A DNA stretch of 64,000 nt. Source: Vulcanimicrobiota bacterium. GTDB lineage: Bacteria > Vulcanimicrobiota > Vulcanimicrobiia > Vulcanimicrobiales > Vulcanimicrobiaceae. Under the pieces are notes generated by a model, which was not told the DNA's origin, did no database searches, and saw nothing but the letters and a program-made list of their open reading frames with translations. Of this stretch, positions 51,184 through 63,500 are shown in pieces. Location: contig JAQBPK010000259.1 of the NCBI GenBank assembly GCA_028287565.1, forward strand, positions 3,146-67,145, given 5' to 3'. Position 1 is the first letter of the stretch, and each line of letters begins with the position of its first letter. Both the position numbers and the translations under genes were made by a program.

Positions 51184-51365
51184 ACCTCGCGGCGATCTGG
51201 GAGTTCATCGCGGGCGACTCACGCCGCGCTCCGATCGCGGTCGCGGTCGCGGTGCTGCTCGCTTTTGTGCTGCTGCGCAGCTCGGTCTCCAGCGCCGTCG
51301 TCGCGATCGCCTTCGCGGGCGTCATCGCGCTCGGCCTGGCGGCCGCCGTGTTCGAACGCACCTGA
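51180..51365 (+). CDS. Small membrane protein
   Basis: ATGA overlap, WEFIAGD motif and two hydrophobic helices. Confidence 0.65.
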   Translation: MNLAAIWEFIAGDSRRAPIAVAVAVLLAFVLLRSSVSSAVVAIAFAGVIALGLAAAVFERT

Positions 51366-51447
51366 CCGAGCCGGCGGCGCGACCGAATCGGCACGTGCAA
51401 CCGCGCGCGAACGGGACGGCGCCGCGCTGCGCTGAACTCGTGCGCCC

Positions 51448-52557
51448 GTGAGACGTGCGTCGTTTCTTTCGATTGCTTCGGGCACCGCGGCGGCGGCGGT
51501 TCTCCGGCCCGGTTCGGCGGCGTTCGCCGCCGAGCGCGCGCGGCGGCTCGTTCCGGTCAATGTCGCGCTCGAGAACGTCACCCGGACGACGGTCGGGCTG
51601 CGCCCGTATCGCGACGCCGGTTTCGTACTGCGGGCTGAAGCGCTCGGCGCAAAGACGGTCGTGCACAACTACGGGCACGGCGGCGGCGGCATGTCGCTGT
51701 CGTGGGGCTGCGCGATCATCGCGTCGGAGCTCGCGCTGCAAACCGAGAAGCGCCGTGCGGCGGTGCTCGGCTCGGGCGTCATCGGGCTCAGCATGGCGCG
51801 CGTGCTGCAGGACCGCGGCTTCGACGTCACGATCTACGCGCGCGACGTTCCGCCCGACACGACGTCGAACAAGTCCGGCGCGCAGTGGAGCCCGACGTCC
51901 GTGTTCTCGTCCACGGACGTGACGGACGCGTTCCGTGCGCAGTACAGCCGCGCCGCGGAGCTCGCGTACGCGCGCTACCAGACGCTGCTCGGCGACGCGT
52001 ACGGCGTGCGGTGGATCGAGAACTACGACTGCCGCGACGAGCTCGCCCGCGCGTTCCTCGACAACCCGGCCCTGACGCCGATCCGTCATCTCTATCCGGC
52101 GGTGCACCAGTTCGGTCCGGGCGAGCACCCGTTTCCGACGCGCTACGCGACGCGCTTCCTCACGATGCTCATCGAACCCAACCGGTATCTGCGCCGGCTC
52201 CAAGACGACTATCTCGAGCGCGGCGGACGGCTGGTGGTGCGCGAGTTCCACGCCGCCGCGGACGTGTCGGCGCTCGACGAGCCGCTGATCGTGAACTGCA
52301 CGGGCTTGGGGGCCGCCGCGCTGTTCGGCGATCCTGCGCTCGAGCCCGTGCGCGGCCAGCTGTCGGTGCTCGCGCCGCAGCCCGCCGTCGACTACATCAC
52401 GCTCGGCCCGCGCGGATATATGTTCCCGCGCTCCGACGGCATCGTGCTCGGCGGCACGTTCGAGCACGGCGCGACGAGCCTGCTGCCCGACGAAGCGACG
52501 GTATCGCGCATGGTCGCAAACCACCGCACGTTCTTCTCGGGCATGCGCAAAACGTGA
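51448..52557 (+). CDS. Tat-exported D-amino-acid-oxidase-like FAD oxidoreductase, circularly permuted
   Basis: MRRASFL Tat motif. GLRP and HNYGHGGGG.SLSWG precede VLGSGVIG, followed by VNCTGLGA, PVRGQ and GGT. Confidence 0.85.
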   Translation: MRRASFLSIASGTAAAAVLRPGSAAFAAERARRLVPVNVALENVTRTTVGLRPYRDAGFVLRAEALGAKTVVHNYGHGGGGMSLSWGCAIIASELALQTEKRRAAVLGSGVIGLSMARVLQDRGFDVTIYARDVPPDTTSNKSGAQWSPTSVFSSTDVTDAFRAQYSRAAELAYARYQTLLGDAYGVRWIENYDCRDELARAFLDNPALTPIRHLYPAVHQFGPGEHPFPTRYATRFLTMLIEPNRYLRRLQDDYLERGGRLVVREFHAAADVSALDEPLIVNCTGLGAAALFGDPALEPVRGQLSVLAPQPAVDYITLGPRGYMFPRSDGIVLGGTFEHGATSLLPDEATVSRMVANHRTFFSGMRKT

Positions 52558-52573
52558 CGCGCGTTCGCGTCAC

Positions 52574-53077
52574 CTAGCGGACCTGGGCCGGCGCGTCGGA
52601 CGGATCGTCGTCCGCGATGCTCTCCTCCGCGTGCGCGAGCGAACGCGGTTCGGTGAGACGGTTCGCGACCATGAGCCCGCCGAGCACCAGCAGCACCATC
52701 GCGAGACCGGCCGCGTTGAACAGCGCGGTTCCGGGCGGGTTGATGAGCAGCTCGCGCAGCACGCCGACGATCGCGATCTCGATCATCAGGCCGACCGCGA
52801 CGCGGTGCTCGCGCAGGTAGAACAGCAGCGTGCGGAACAGCTCGACGAGGATCAGCAGCAGCACGATCTGCGGCAGCACGACGCGCGGCTCGCGTCCTTC
52901 GAAGAGCGCGACGCGCGCGAGCGTCCAAAGCGCTTGGACCATGACGATGAGCACGACGACCGCCAGCGACGCGACGATCGCGTCCTGCGCCCACTCCAAA
53001 TAGCGCGAGATCCATTCGTGCACGTGCGTGTGCGCGATCGGCCGCCGGTTCGCGTCGGGACCGTTTCGGCGAAACAC
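52574..53077 (-). CDS. Phosphate-starvation-inducible PsiE family membrane protein
   Basis: LLLILVELFRT...Y, IEIAIVGVLRELL. Four TM segments. Confidence 0.75.
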   Translation of the reverse strand: MFRRNGPDANRRPIAHTHVHEWISRYLEWAQDAIVASLAVVVLIVMVQALWTLARVALFEGREPRVVLPQIVLLLILVELFRTLLFYLREHRVAVGLMIEIAIVGVLRELLINPPGTALFNAAGLAMVLLVLGGLMVANRLTEPRSLAHAEESIADDDPSDAPAQVR

Positions 53078-53087
53078 GGTGAGCGCG

Positions 53088-54086
53088 CTACACGGGATGC
53101 AGCTCGGCGAGCTCGCGGACGAGCTCGCGCCCGCGTTCGCTCAGCCCTTGCGGCAAGCGCGCGACCAGGCGCACGTACTCGTCGCCGTTGCCCCCGTTTT
53201 CGTGCGGCATCCCTTTCCCGGCGAGCCGCATCGTCTGTTCGTTCTGCGTTTCCGGCCGAATCTTCATCGTCACGTCTCCGGCGAGCGTCGGTACGCGGAC
53301 CTCACCGCCGAGGACGAGCGTGTACACGCTCACCGGGAGGTCGGCGTACAGGTCGTCACCATCCCGCTCGAAGACGTCGTCGTCCTTCAACCGCACCCGC
53401 AGATACAGGTCGCCCGGCGGGCCGCCGTTCTCGCCGCGCCCGCCCTGGCCCCGCAGCCGGATTTGCCGGCCGTCGCGCACCCCGCGCGGGATTCGCACCT
53501 CGAGCGTCTTGGCGGTCGTGACGCGCCCGGTGCCGTGGCACGTCGGGCAGATGCGGTTCTCGCGAACGCCCGTGCCGCCGCAGTCCGGGCACACGTCGTC
53601 CAGCTGCAGCGTGAGCGACTTCGTGCCGCCGGCGTACGCGTCGCGCAGGCCGAGCTCGATCGTGCCTTCGATGTCGCGGCCGCGCCGCGGCACGTCCGCG
53701 GCCGCACTGCGGCGCCGTCCGACCTGCGAGAAGAACGTGTCGAAGAAATCGGAGAAGCCGTTCGCGCCGAACTCGCCTTCGAGATCGCCGAAATCGACCG
53801 TGCGCTCTTGTTCCGCGCGATGGCGCCGCTGCTCGTCGGCCCGTTCCGACGCGCGCTCCCAGTCGCTGCCGAGTGCGTCGTACTTGCGGCGCTTCTCCGG
53901 ATCGCCTAGGACTTCGTAGGCTTCCTGGAGCTCCTTGAACTTCTCTTCGGCTTCTTTGGGATTGCCGGAGTTGACGTCAGGATGCCACTTGCGCGCCAGC
54001 TTGCGGTAGGCGGACTTGATCTCTTTCTCGCTCGCGGTCTTGGGGACGCCGAGGACCTGATAATAGTCCTTGTAGGCAACGGCCAT
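53088..54086 (-). CDS. dnaJ: DnaJ-class co-chaperone (CbpA-like, half zinc finger)
   Basis: J domain with HPD, two CxxCxGxG motifs and a DnaJ C-terminal domain. Confidence 0.9.
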   Translation of the reverse strand: MAVAYKDYYQVLGVPKTASEKEIKSAYRKLARKWHPDVNSGNPKEAEEKFKELQEAYEVLGDPEKRRKYDALGSDWERASERADEQRRHRAEQERTVDFGDLEGEFGANGFSDFFDTFFSQVGRRRSAAADVPRRGRDIEGTIELGLRDAYAGGTKSLTLQLDDVCPDCGGTGVRENRICPTCHGTGRVTTAKTLEVRIPRGVRDGRQIRLRGQGGRGENGGPPGDLYLRVRLKDDDVFERDGDDLYADLPVSVYTLVLGGEVRVPTLAGDVTMKIRPETQNEQTMRLAGKGMPHENGGNGDEYVRLVARLPQGLSERGRELVRELAELHPV

Positions 54087-54094
54087 CGAGGCGG

Positions 54095-54553
54095 TTACGC
54101 CTTTTTGGCGACGATGACGTGCGCCGGGCGCAGCACCTCGTCATCGAGGCGGTAGCCGCGCTGCGTCTGCGCGAGAACGGTCTCGTCAGCGACGCCGTCC
54201 GCCGGCTGCGTGCCGACCGCCTCCGCCACGCTCGGGTCGAAGCGTTGTCCCGCCGTCTCGATCGGCGCGACGCCTTCGCTCCCGAGCACGGACTCAAAGC
54301 CGCGAAGCGTTGCGTCCAAACCCGCGCGCACCTGGCCTGAGTCCTCGTATGCGAGCGCGCGCTCGAGGTTGTCGAGCACCGGCAAGAACCGCAGCAGCAG
54401 CCGTTTCTTGAGCGCGCGCGCGGCGTCGTCCGAGCGGCGCCGCTCGCGCTTGCGGGTGTTCTCGACCTCGGCCGCGGCCAGGAGGTACTTCGACTGAAAG
54501 TCGTCCGCGCGCGCGCGTTCCGCCGCGGCGTCCGGCTGCGGTTGGGTCTCCAC
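54095..54553 (-). CDS. grpE: Nucleotide exchange factor GrpE
   Basis: [21 protein letters not shown]...EAV, GY.L...VLRPA.V. Confidence 0.92.
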   Translation of the reverse strand: METQPQPDAAAERARADDFQSKYLLAAAEVENTRKRERRRSDDAARALKKRLLLRFLPVLDNLERALAYEDSGQVRAGLDATLRGFESVLGSEGVAPIETAGQRFDPSVAEAVGTQPADGVADETVLAQTQRGYRLDDEVLRPAHVIVAKKA

Positions 54554-54563
54554 GGCTTGCGCG

Positions 54564-56441
<1,878 letters not shown>

Positions 56442-56470
56442 GAGGTCCCTCGATGCTGCGTGTCGTTGTG

Positions 56471-59116
56471 CTATGCGCCCGCGGCGGCCGCGACGGCGGC
56501 TTGCTCGATCGGTTGCGCGGTGAACGTCAGCTCGCCGCGCAGCTCGTCGTAATCGACGGTGACGGTTTCTCCGTCGTCGAGCTCGCCGGCGAGAATCTTG
56601 CGCGCGAGCGCCGTTTCGAGCTCGCGCTGGATGGCGCGCTTGAGCGGGCGCGCGCCGTACACCGGATCGTACCCGGATTTGACGAGATGGCGGCGCGCCG
56701 CCGGCGTCAGCTCGAGCGTGAGGTGCCGGTCGGCCAAGCGCCGGCGCAGCCGTTCGAGCTGGATCTCGACGATCTGCTCGAGCTGTTCTTCGCTGAGCGC
56801 CTTGAACACGACGATCTCGTCGACGCGGTTGAGAAACTCCGGCCGGAACTGCTGACGCAGCTCGTCGAGCACCGTCGCGCGCATCAGCGCGTAGCCGGTC
56901 TCGGACGCCTCGCTGAAACCGAGGATTCGGTGGCTGCCGATGTTCGACGTCATGATGAGGATCGTGTTGCGGAAATCGACCGTGCGGCCTTGGCCGTCGG
57001 TGAGGCGGCCGTCGTCAAGAATCTGCAGGAACACGTTGAACACGTCCGGCGCGGCCTTCTCGATCTCGTCGAACAGCACGACCGAGAACGGGCGGCGGCG
57101 CACGGCTTCCGTGAGCTGGCCGCCTTCGTCGTAACCGACGTATCCCGGCGGCGCGCCGATCAGCCGCGCGACGGTGTGCTTCTCCTGGTACTCCGACATG
57201 TCGATGCGGATCAGCGCGCGCTCGTCGTCGAACAGGAACGCGGCGAGCGCGCGCGCGAGCTCGGTCTTGCCGACGCCGGTGGGCCCGAGGAAGATGAACG
57301 AGCCGATCGGGCGGTTCGGATCGGAGAGCCCCGCGCGCGCGCGCAGCACCGCTTCGCTCACCGCCTCGACCGCTTCGTCTTGGCCGATGACGCGCTCGTG
57401 CAGCTCGTCCGCGAGGTGCAGCAGCTTCTGCTTCTCGCCTTCGAGCAGCTTCGAAACCGGGATGCCGGTCCAGCGGCTCACGATCGCCGCGATGTCCTCT
57501 TCGTCGACCTCTTCCTTGACGAGCCGCGGACCTTTGCCGTTCTGCGCGTTCGCCTGTTCCAACGCCGCGAGCCGGCGCTCGAGATCGGCCAGCTTGCCGT
57601 AGCGCAGCTCGGCGACGCGGTTGAGATCGTACTGCCGTTCCACTTGCTCGATCTCGACCTTCACGGCGTCGATCTCCGCGCGCAGCGCGCGCACCTGATC
57701 GACCTGCTGCTTCTCCGCGGACCAGCGCGCTTTGAGCGCGGCGGCGTCTTCGCGCAGCTCGGCGAGCTCGCGCTCGATGCGCTCCAGACGCTCCTTGCTG
57801 GCGGCGTCGCTCTCCTTGCGCAGCGCCTCGCGCTCGATCTCGAGCTGCATGATGCGCCGCTGCAAGTCGTCGAGCTCGGTGGGCATCGAATCGATCTCGG
57901 TGCGCAGCTTCGCCGCGGCTTCGTCGACGAGATCGATCGCCTTGTCGGGCAGAAAGCGGTCCGCGATGTACCGGTTCGACAGCACCGCCGCCGCGACGAG
58001 CGCGGCGTCCTTGATGCGCACGCCGTGGTGCACTTCGTAGCGCTCGCGCAGACCGCGCAGGATCGAGATCGTGTCCTCGACGCTGGGCTGGTCGACGAAC
58101 ACCGGCTGGAAGCGCCGCTCCAGCGCGGCGTCCTTCTCGATGTACTTTCTGTATTCGTCGAGCGTCGTGGCGCCGATCATGTGCAGCTCGCCGCGCGCCA
58201 GCATCGGCTTCAGCAGGTTGCCTGCGTCCATCGAGCCTTCGGCTTTGCCCGCGCCGACGACGTTGTGCACCTCGTCGACGAACAGCAGCACCTTGCCCTC
58301 GGAGCTGACGACCTCTTGCAGCACGGCCTTCAGGCGCTCTTCGAACTCGCCGCGGTACTTCGCGCCCGCGATGAGCGCGCCCATGTCGAGCGAGATCAGG
58401 CGCTTGTCCTTCAATCCCTCGGGGACGTCGCCGCGGACGATGCGCTGCGCGAGGCCTTCGACGATCGCGGTCTTGCCGACGCCCGGTTCGCCGATGAGCA
58501 CGGGATTGTTCTTCGTGCGGCGCGACAGCACTTGGATCACGCGCCGGATCTCCTCGTCGCGCCCGATCACCGGATCGAGCTTGCCGCGCTCCGCGGATTT
58601 CGTGAGATCGGCGCCGTACTTCTCGAGCGTCTGGTACGTCTCTTCCGGATTCTGGCTGGTGACGCGCTGGTTGCCGCGCACGTCTCGCAGCGCCGTCATC
58701 AGCTTTTCGCGCGTGACGCCCGCTTCGCGCAGAATGCGCGCCGCCGGCGCGCCGTCGTCGAGCATCGCCAGCAGCACGTGCTCGACCGACACGTACTCGT
58801 CTTTGAGCGCCTTCGTTTCTTCGTCGGCTTTCGACAGCAGGCGCGAGAGCTGCGGCGCGAACGAAACCTGCGCCGAGCCGGCGTTCGCGCCGGACAAGCG
58901 CGGCTGTGCGCGCAGCTCGTTATCGGTCTTCTGCGCGACGGCGCGCGGGTCGGCGCCGGCTTGCCGGATGAGCACCGGGACGAGCCCGTTCTCCTGTTCG
59001 AGCAGCGCTGCGAGAAGATGCTCCGCGGTGACCTGCGTGTGGCGCTCGCGCAGCGCGCGCTGGTACGCTTCGCTCAGCGCCTCCTGCACGCGCTGAGTCA
59101 TCCGCTCGGCGTTCAT
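56471..59116 (-). CDS. clpB: ATP-dependent disaggregase ClpB
   Basis: Clp N domain, GEPGVGKT, M-domain (AELRYG), [15 protein letters not shown]. Start MNAERMT overlaps the upstream stop. Confidence 0.96.
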   Translation of the reverse strand: MNAERMTQRVQEALSEAYQRALRERHTQVTAEHLLAALLEQENGLVPVLIRQAGADPRAVAQKTDNELRAQPRLSGANAGSAQVSFAPQLSRLLSKADEETKALKDEYVSVEHVLLAMLDDGAPAARILREAGVTREKLMTALRDVRGNQRVTSQNPEETYQTLEKYGADLTKSAERGKLDPVIGRDEEIRRVIQVLSRRTKNNPVLIGEPGVGKTAIVEGLAQRIVRGDVPEGLKDKRLISLDMGALIAGAKYRGEFEERLKAVLQEVVSSEGKVLLFVDEVHNVVGAGKAEGSMDAGNLLKPMLARGELHMIGATTLDEYRKYIEKDAALERRFQPVFVDQPSVEDTISILRGLRERYEVHHGVRIKDAALVAAAVLSNRYIADRFLPDKAIDLVDEAAAKLRTEIDSMPTELDDLQRRIMQLEIEREALRKESDAASKERLERIERELAELREDAAALKARWSAEKQQVDQVRALRAEIDAVKVEIEQVERQYDLNRVAELRYGKLADLERRLAALEQANAQNGKGPRLVKEEVDEEDIAAIVSRWTGIPVSKLLEGEKQKLLHLADELHERVIGQDEAVEAVSEAVLRARAGLSDPNRPIGSFIFLGPTGVGKTELARALAAFLFDDERALIRIDMSEYQEKHTVARLIGAPPGYVGYDEGGQLTEAVRRRPFSVVLFDEIEKAAPDVFNVFLQILDDGRLTDGQGRTVDFRNTILIMTSNIGSHRILGFSEASETGYALMRATVLDELRQQFRPEFLNRVDEIVVFKALSEEQLEQIVEIQLERLRRRLADRHLTLELTPAARRHLVKSGYDPVYGARPLKRAIQRELETALARKILAGELDDGETVTVDYDELRGELTFTAQPIEQAAVAAAAGA

Positions 59117-59691
59117 CAGACTCCGGCCGGCGATAGATCCGTCGGTGCCGCAGACGAGCCGGCCTTGCGCAGCCGCAGCGCGAGCGCGATGAGCAGCACG
59201 CCCGTCGCGATCGCATACGCTCCGACGAGCCAGGCCCAAACCAGCAGGCCGGCGAGCGGCATGAGAATGAGCCCGATGCCGAACAGGATGGACGCGACGC
59301 CGGTGAGCGCGACGAAGATCTCGCCTTTGATCACCTTGCGCAGACGAATCGCAAAGACGATCTCGAGCACGCCGGTGACGATCGCCCACGCCGCGATGGT
59401 GAACAGCCATGCAAGCGCCGTGATGCCCGGCCACGCGAAGCTCAAGATGCCGATCGCGATCCCGAGGATCCCTTCGAGCAGCAGCATCGGCCAGCGCTCG
59501 CGCTCGTGGCGAAACCGTATGGCCAGCGTCAGCGCAAGGACGCCGTCGACGAGCATGTACGCGCCGAACACGATCACGAGCGCGAGCAGCGTTATTCCGG
59601 GCCAGACGAACGCCAGGATTCCGAACAGGATCCCGGCCACGCCGCGCAGCGCGACGACCCACCATTCCCGCGCAAGTTGCTGAACCGCCAT
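59116..59691 (-). CDS. HdeD/DUF308 family membrane protein
   Basis: WW...LRG...ILFG..A..WP.IT, repeated hydrophobic halves. Confidence 0.88.
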   Translation of the reverse strand: MAVQQLAREWWVVALRGVAGILFGILAFVWPGITLLALVIVFGAYMLVDGVLALTLAIRFRHERERWPMLLLEGILGIAIGILSFAWPGITALAWLFTIAAWAIVTGVLEIVFAIRLRKVIKGEIFVALTGVASILFGIGLILMPLAGLLVWAWLVGAYAIATGVLLIALALRLRKAGSSAAPTDLSPAGV

Positions 59692-59838
59692 CTGAGCACT
59701 CTCCTCCGTCGCCGGCGACGCACCCCGTCCGCTATCGTCTCACCGCATGCGGCCGGGATGAAGTGACGCGGGTGTTCTAGTGGCTGGAGGTACCCGATCG
59801 AACGGCGTAGGAGCCGCTCGCCGTCCGGCGGTGCGGAG

Positions 59839-60639
59839 CTATCGGCTGGACGGTATGTAGAACACCAGCGTTTGCCCCGGTGAGTCCGGAATGCCGAAGC
59901 TCGCCGTTTCGAACGCAAGCGTTTCGTTCGAGAGCGGGTCGCGCATCTCGCGCACGTTCCACCGCATCGGTGACAGGACGTCGACGTCGCCCCACATCGA
60001 GGTGAACTCCGTGCTGCTCGTCCCGAGCGTTCCGATCAGATCGTCGAACCCGGCGTCACCGACGTAATCGGCGTACTCGACGCGGAACGTCGCCACCATG
60101 CGCCGCGCGTTGGCCGCCCAGTCGGGAAACAGCGAGCGTGCGCGCGGATGCATGAACATCAGCCAAAGCCCATTTGACTCCAAGCTCGCCGCCGCACCGA
60201 TGCCGCGGCAGCATAGCTCGAACAGTTTTCCGAACGGCTCGTTCCAGGCGAGGATGTCCCAGCGCGGGCCCATGACGAACGCGTATCCGGCCGCGTACGT
60301 TTCGACGAGCAGCCGGACGCGCTTCGCGACCGGCGCATCCCACTCCGGGCGGTCCTTGTGGTCGGTCAGCACGAGCTTCTCGAGGTATTCCGTCTCGGAA
60401 ACGTCGAGCCGCAGTGCCGCTGCGACGCGCCCGAGCGTTCCGGCGGCGATCTTGATCGGCCGTCCCTGCTCGAGCCAGGTGTACCACGTGACGCCCACGT
60501 CAGCGAGCAATGCGACGTCCTCGCGCCGCAGCGAAGCGACGCGCCGCCGCGGGCTGCGCGTCAAACCGACCTCTTCGGGAGTAAGGCGCTGCCGGCGCGA
60601 CTTGAGGAACGACGCGCGCTGCAGGTTTCGGTCGCTCAT
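59839..60639 (-). CDS. XRE/MmyB-like regulator
   Basis: FLKSRRQRLTPEEVGL..RRR..LRREDVA.LA.VGVTWYTWLEQGR, WDILAWN. Confidence 0.9.
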   Translation of the reverse strand: MSDRNLQRASFLKSRRQRLTPEEVGLTRSPRRRVASLRREDVALLADVGVTWYTWLEQGRPIKIAAGTLGRVAAALRLDVSETEYLEKLVLTDHKDRPEWDAPVAKRVRLLVETYAAGYAFVMGPRWDILAWNEPFGKLFELCCRGIGAAASLESNGLWLMFMHPRARSLFPDWAANARRMVATFRVEYADYVGDAGFDDLIGTLGTSSTEFTSMWGDVDVLSPMRWNVREMRDPLSNETLAFETASFGIPDSPGQTLVFYIPSSR

Positions 60640-60689
60640 GACAGGTACCGGTGTGACGTATTCCCCTTCAGGAAAGTCGTGCCTACCCG

Positions 60690-63485
60690 TTACCGTACAG
60701 GTTCCGGCGAAGTGGCGCCCGCGTGGTCCGGCGCTGCGCCGAGCAAGCGCAAGCCGCGAGTCAGCGACGAGATCGCGTGGCCGACGAAATCGGTGCGCAC
60801 GTTCGCGCTCACCGGCGTGGCACGAACGCCGCCGTCGAGCGGCACCGTGCGCAGGAAGTAGTTGTCGTCCGGCCCGTACGTCAGCGTCTCCATGAAGCGC
60901 TGGCCTTCGAACCACGCGTCGCGGCAGCGCCGCGCGCGCTCGGCGTCGCCGCGCTCGAGCGCGTATTCCCACGCGGTGACGATGCCTTCGAGCACGCATG
61001 CGGTGTGGAACGCGGGCTCGTCGGTATAATCGGTCAGGAACGCGCCGCTCGCTCGGTGCTGGCGCGCCAGCGCGAAATCGGCGAGCTCGCACGCAAAGCC
61101 GTACGCGTCGACGCGGTGGCGCCACGCGAACCAGCCGGCGGTGTGCCACCACACCATGCCCCACGGCGCGACGAGATCGAAACGCTTGCGGTAGAACGCG
61201 AACGCGCGCGCGAGCTGCTCCGCATCAAGGCTCTTGAAGCCGCGCCGGTCCATCACGCCGAGCGCTTCGAGCACCGAGCCCGACAGGAAGTCGAGATCGC
61301 CGTCGATCCGGCGGCCCGCGAAGATCGCGCCGTCGGCGTGCACGAGCTGCGCGAGCCGCTCGACGGCGTCCGGCGCGAAGCGCGCGATCAGCGCATCGTC
61401 GCCGAGCTCGTCGAGCGCCGTGAGCAGCATCGCGTCGCACGCGACGTCCCACGGCATCGCGCGCGTCACCTTGCCCGCATCGCGCGCCAGCAAAAAGCGT
61501 TCGAGTCCCGTGCGCGTACGCGATCCGTCAAATGTGCCGGCGTCGAGCGCGTGCGCGACGAACAACAGCCGCGCGCCCGAGCCGTCGTACGTGTGCGTGC
61601 CTCGCTCGACGTCGTGCTCGTACGCGGGCAAACCGTCCGGCTGCACCGTCGCCGCCACGTACGCGCAGTGCCGTGCCAGCCGGGCACGTAGCGATGCGAT
61701 GGTCGGCGGCTGCGGCTCAGCACGCCGCGGAAAGCCGCGGTCGAGCGCGCTGATGCCGCGCGCCTCGGACAGCCAAGCCGCCGTCTCGAACGTCAGCCAG
61801 CGCGCGCGCTCCACCGGAATCTTCGCTTTGCGCGCGACCTCGCGCAGAAATTGCACCGGGCTGTAGTCGCCGAGCACGCCGTACGGCGCGAGGATGAGCG
61901 CGAAGTCGTCGTTCCCGTACGCGGCGACGGAATGGCGTCCCAAGAGCACCCATCGTGCCGCTTCGGCGAGCGGCATCTTCGGCAGCACGCGCCGCTCGTG
62001 CAGCACGCTGACGAGCACGTCCACCTCGTCGGGATGCGCCGGCCGATCCTTGCGAAAACGGTCGTCGCCCCACGCGCCGGCGGTCGCGCGGTCGATGCAG
62101 TCGCCCAGCGCGTCGCCGAACGAAATTTGGCAGCCGATCAGCGTTCCCGCGTAGAGCGAGATACCGACGCCGTAGAGCGGTTCCGGAATCGGCGCGACCG
62201 GCGGCGGCTCGGACTGCGCGCACCCCATCGCGCGCGCGACGGCGTAGCGCGCGCGGGCGTGCAGCGACGCGGCAATCGCCTTGTCCTCGGGCCACCGCGA
62301 TTCCGCCGCCGGCGGGGCGCCGTAGCGCGGCCAGCGCTTTGCGGACTCGACGCTGCGCACCGAGTCCGCGGCGAACGCGTCGTAGCGCTCCTCCTCGGTG
62401 AAGCGGCCCTTGCGCTTGACGTGCGCGATCTGCCCGATCTCGCTCTGGAAGAACTCGACGTTCGGAAGCGTCGACGCGCGCCGCCACGAACCGTCCTTCG
62501 CCCGCAGCGTCAGCACGTGGCGGCGATGATCGAGATCGCGCAGGTCGAGCGCGCGCTCCGCGCCGACGATATTGACGCCGATCGTGCACCGTTCGAGATC
62601 CGCGCCGTGCTTGCGCGCGGACGCGATCGCGCGCACGCCGGCGCGCACGAGCATCCCGGCAAACTCATCCGATCCGACGCCGCGCGCCGTCACCATCGCC
62701 ACGCGCACGCCGTCGTCGTCGGAGCGCACGCTCACGTGGAAGCCGCCGGCCGCGTCGTACGCCGCATCGAAGCACGCCGGCGCGATCGGAACCGCGCCGT
62801 CCTCACCGGGCAACGCGCCGTCCTCGCCGCCTAATCCGGCGATGAAGCGCACCGCGTCCGCCGGCGAAAGCCCGTCCGGAACGCGCGTACCGCTTTGCCG
62901 CACTTCAGCGGGCGCGCGGGCCGGGGCCGGCGACTCGCGCGCTTTCCCCAGATCGTCGTACACGTCGAAGACGACGCGCTTCGTGTAGCCGCGCGCCGGA
63001 AAGAACCGTTCGGTGCCGTGGCCGGCGAGATCCACGAGCGTGAGGACGCCTTCGACTTCGTAGCCCTCGGCTTCGAGCGCGCGCAGTCCCGCTTTCGCCG
63101 AGCCGCCGAACGTCATCGACTCATCGACGAACACGACGGGCTGCGAACGATCGCCCGTCCCTTCGACGAGCCGCCGCAAACCGTACGTCTTGGGCTCCTT
63201 GCGCACGAACAATCCCGTCAGCGGGCGCGGCGAGCGCGCGATCATCGCCCCGAGCAGCGGCAGCGCGCCCATGCCGTACGTCGCGATCTGCGCCGCGCCG
63301 AACCGTTCGAGCTCCTCGAGCAGCGCGTCCGCGGCGAGCAACAGCCCGTCGTGGCGCAGCGTCAGCCCGCAGCCGTAGAAATACCACGGCGTCGCCGCGT
63401 CCGTCGCCGCGATCGGGACGAGCGCGTCGGCGTCGAGGAAGCAGCGCTGCAGGAGCAGCTCCCGCAGCGCGCTCCTATCGGTCAC
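60690..63485 (-). CDS. Fusion protein: PyrE-like phosphoribosyltransferase + AMMECR1-like domain(s) + C-terminal helical-barrel-like domain
   Basis: VRKEPKTYG loop and VVFVDESMTFGGS PRPP motif. G.GISLY...IGC...A..DDRF...VSVL...LG.H...FL..V.RKA (AMMECR1-like). Helical C-terminus ending GGVR...VRTDFVGHA. Confidence 0.72.
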   Translation of the reverse strand: MTDRSALRELLLQRCFLDADALVPIAATDAATPWYFYGCGLTLRHDGLLLAADALLEELERFGAAQIATYGMGALPLLGAMIARSPRPLTGLFVRKEPKTYGLRRLVEGTGDRSQPVVFVDESMTFGGSAKAGLRALEAEGYEVEGVLTLVDLAGHGTERFFPARGYTKRVVFDVYDDLGKARESPAPARAPAEVRQSGTRVPDGLSPADAVRFIAGLGGEDGALPGEDGAVPIAPACFDAAYDAAGGFHVSVRSDDDGVRVAMVTARGVGSDEFAGMLVRAGVRAIASARKHGADLERCTIGVNIVGAERALDLRDLDHRRHVLTLRAKDGSWRRASTLPNVEFFQSEIGQIAHVKRKGRFTEEERYDAFAADSVRSVESAKRWPRYGAPPAAESRWPEDKAIAASLHARARYAVARAMGCAQSEPPPVAPIPEPLYGVGISLYAGTLIGCQISFGDALGDCIDRATAGAWGDDRFRKDRPAHPDEVDVLVSVLHERRVLPKMPLAEAARWVLLGRHSVAAYGNDDFALILAPYGVLGDYSPVQFLREVARKAKIPVERARWLTFETAAWLSEARGISALDRGFPRRAEPQPPTIASLRARLARHCAYVAATVQPDGLPAYEHDVERGTHTYDGSGARLLFVAHALDAGTFDGSRTRTGLERFLLARDAGKVTRAMPWDVACDAMLLTALDELGDDALIARFAPDAVERLAQLVHADGAIFAGRRIDGDLDFLSGSVLEALGVMDRRGFKSLDAEQLARAFAFYRKRFDLVAPWGMVWWHTAGWFAWRHRVDAYGFACELADFALARQHRASGAFLTDYTDEPAFHTACVLEGIVTAWEYALERGDAERARRCRDAWFEGQRFMETLTYGPDDNYFLRTVPLDGGVRATPVSANVRTDFVGHAISSLTRGLRLLGAAPDHAGATSPEPVR

Positions 63486-63500
63486 GAAACGTGCGTGCGC

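Noticed and set aside
56471-59665. 1064-aa ClpB with a long N-terminal extension (ClpG/ClpK-like)
   Set aside because: The extension is an alternative frame over hdeD. The real start is MNAERMT at 59116.
59693-59719. TGAGCACTC as a CIRCE half-site upstream of the chaperone operon
   Set aside because: There is no matching second arm at 9-bp spacing, and it overlaps the RBS region.
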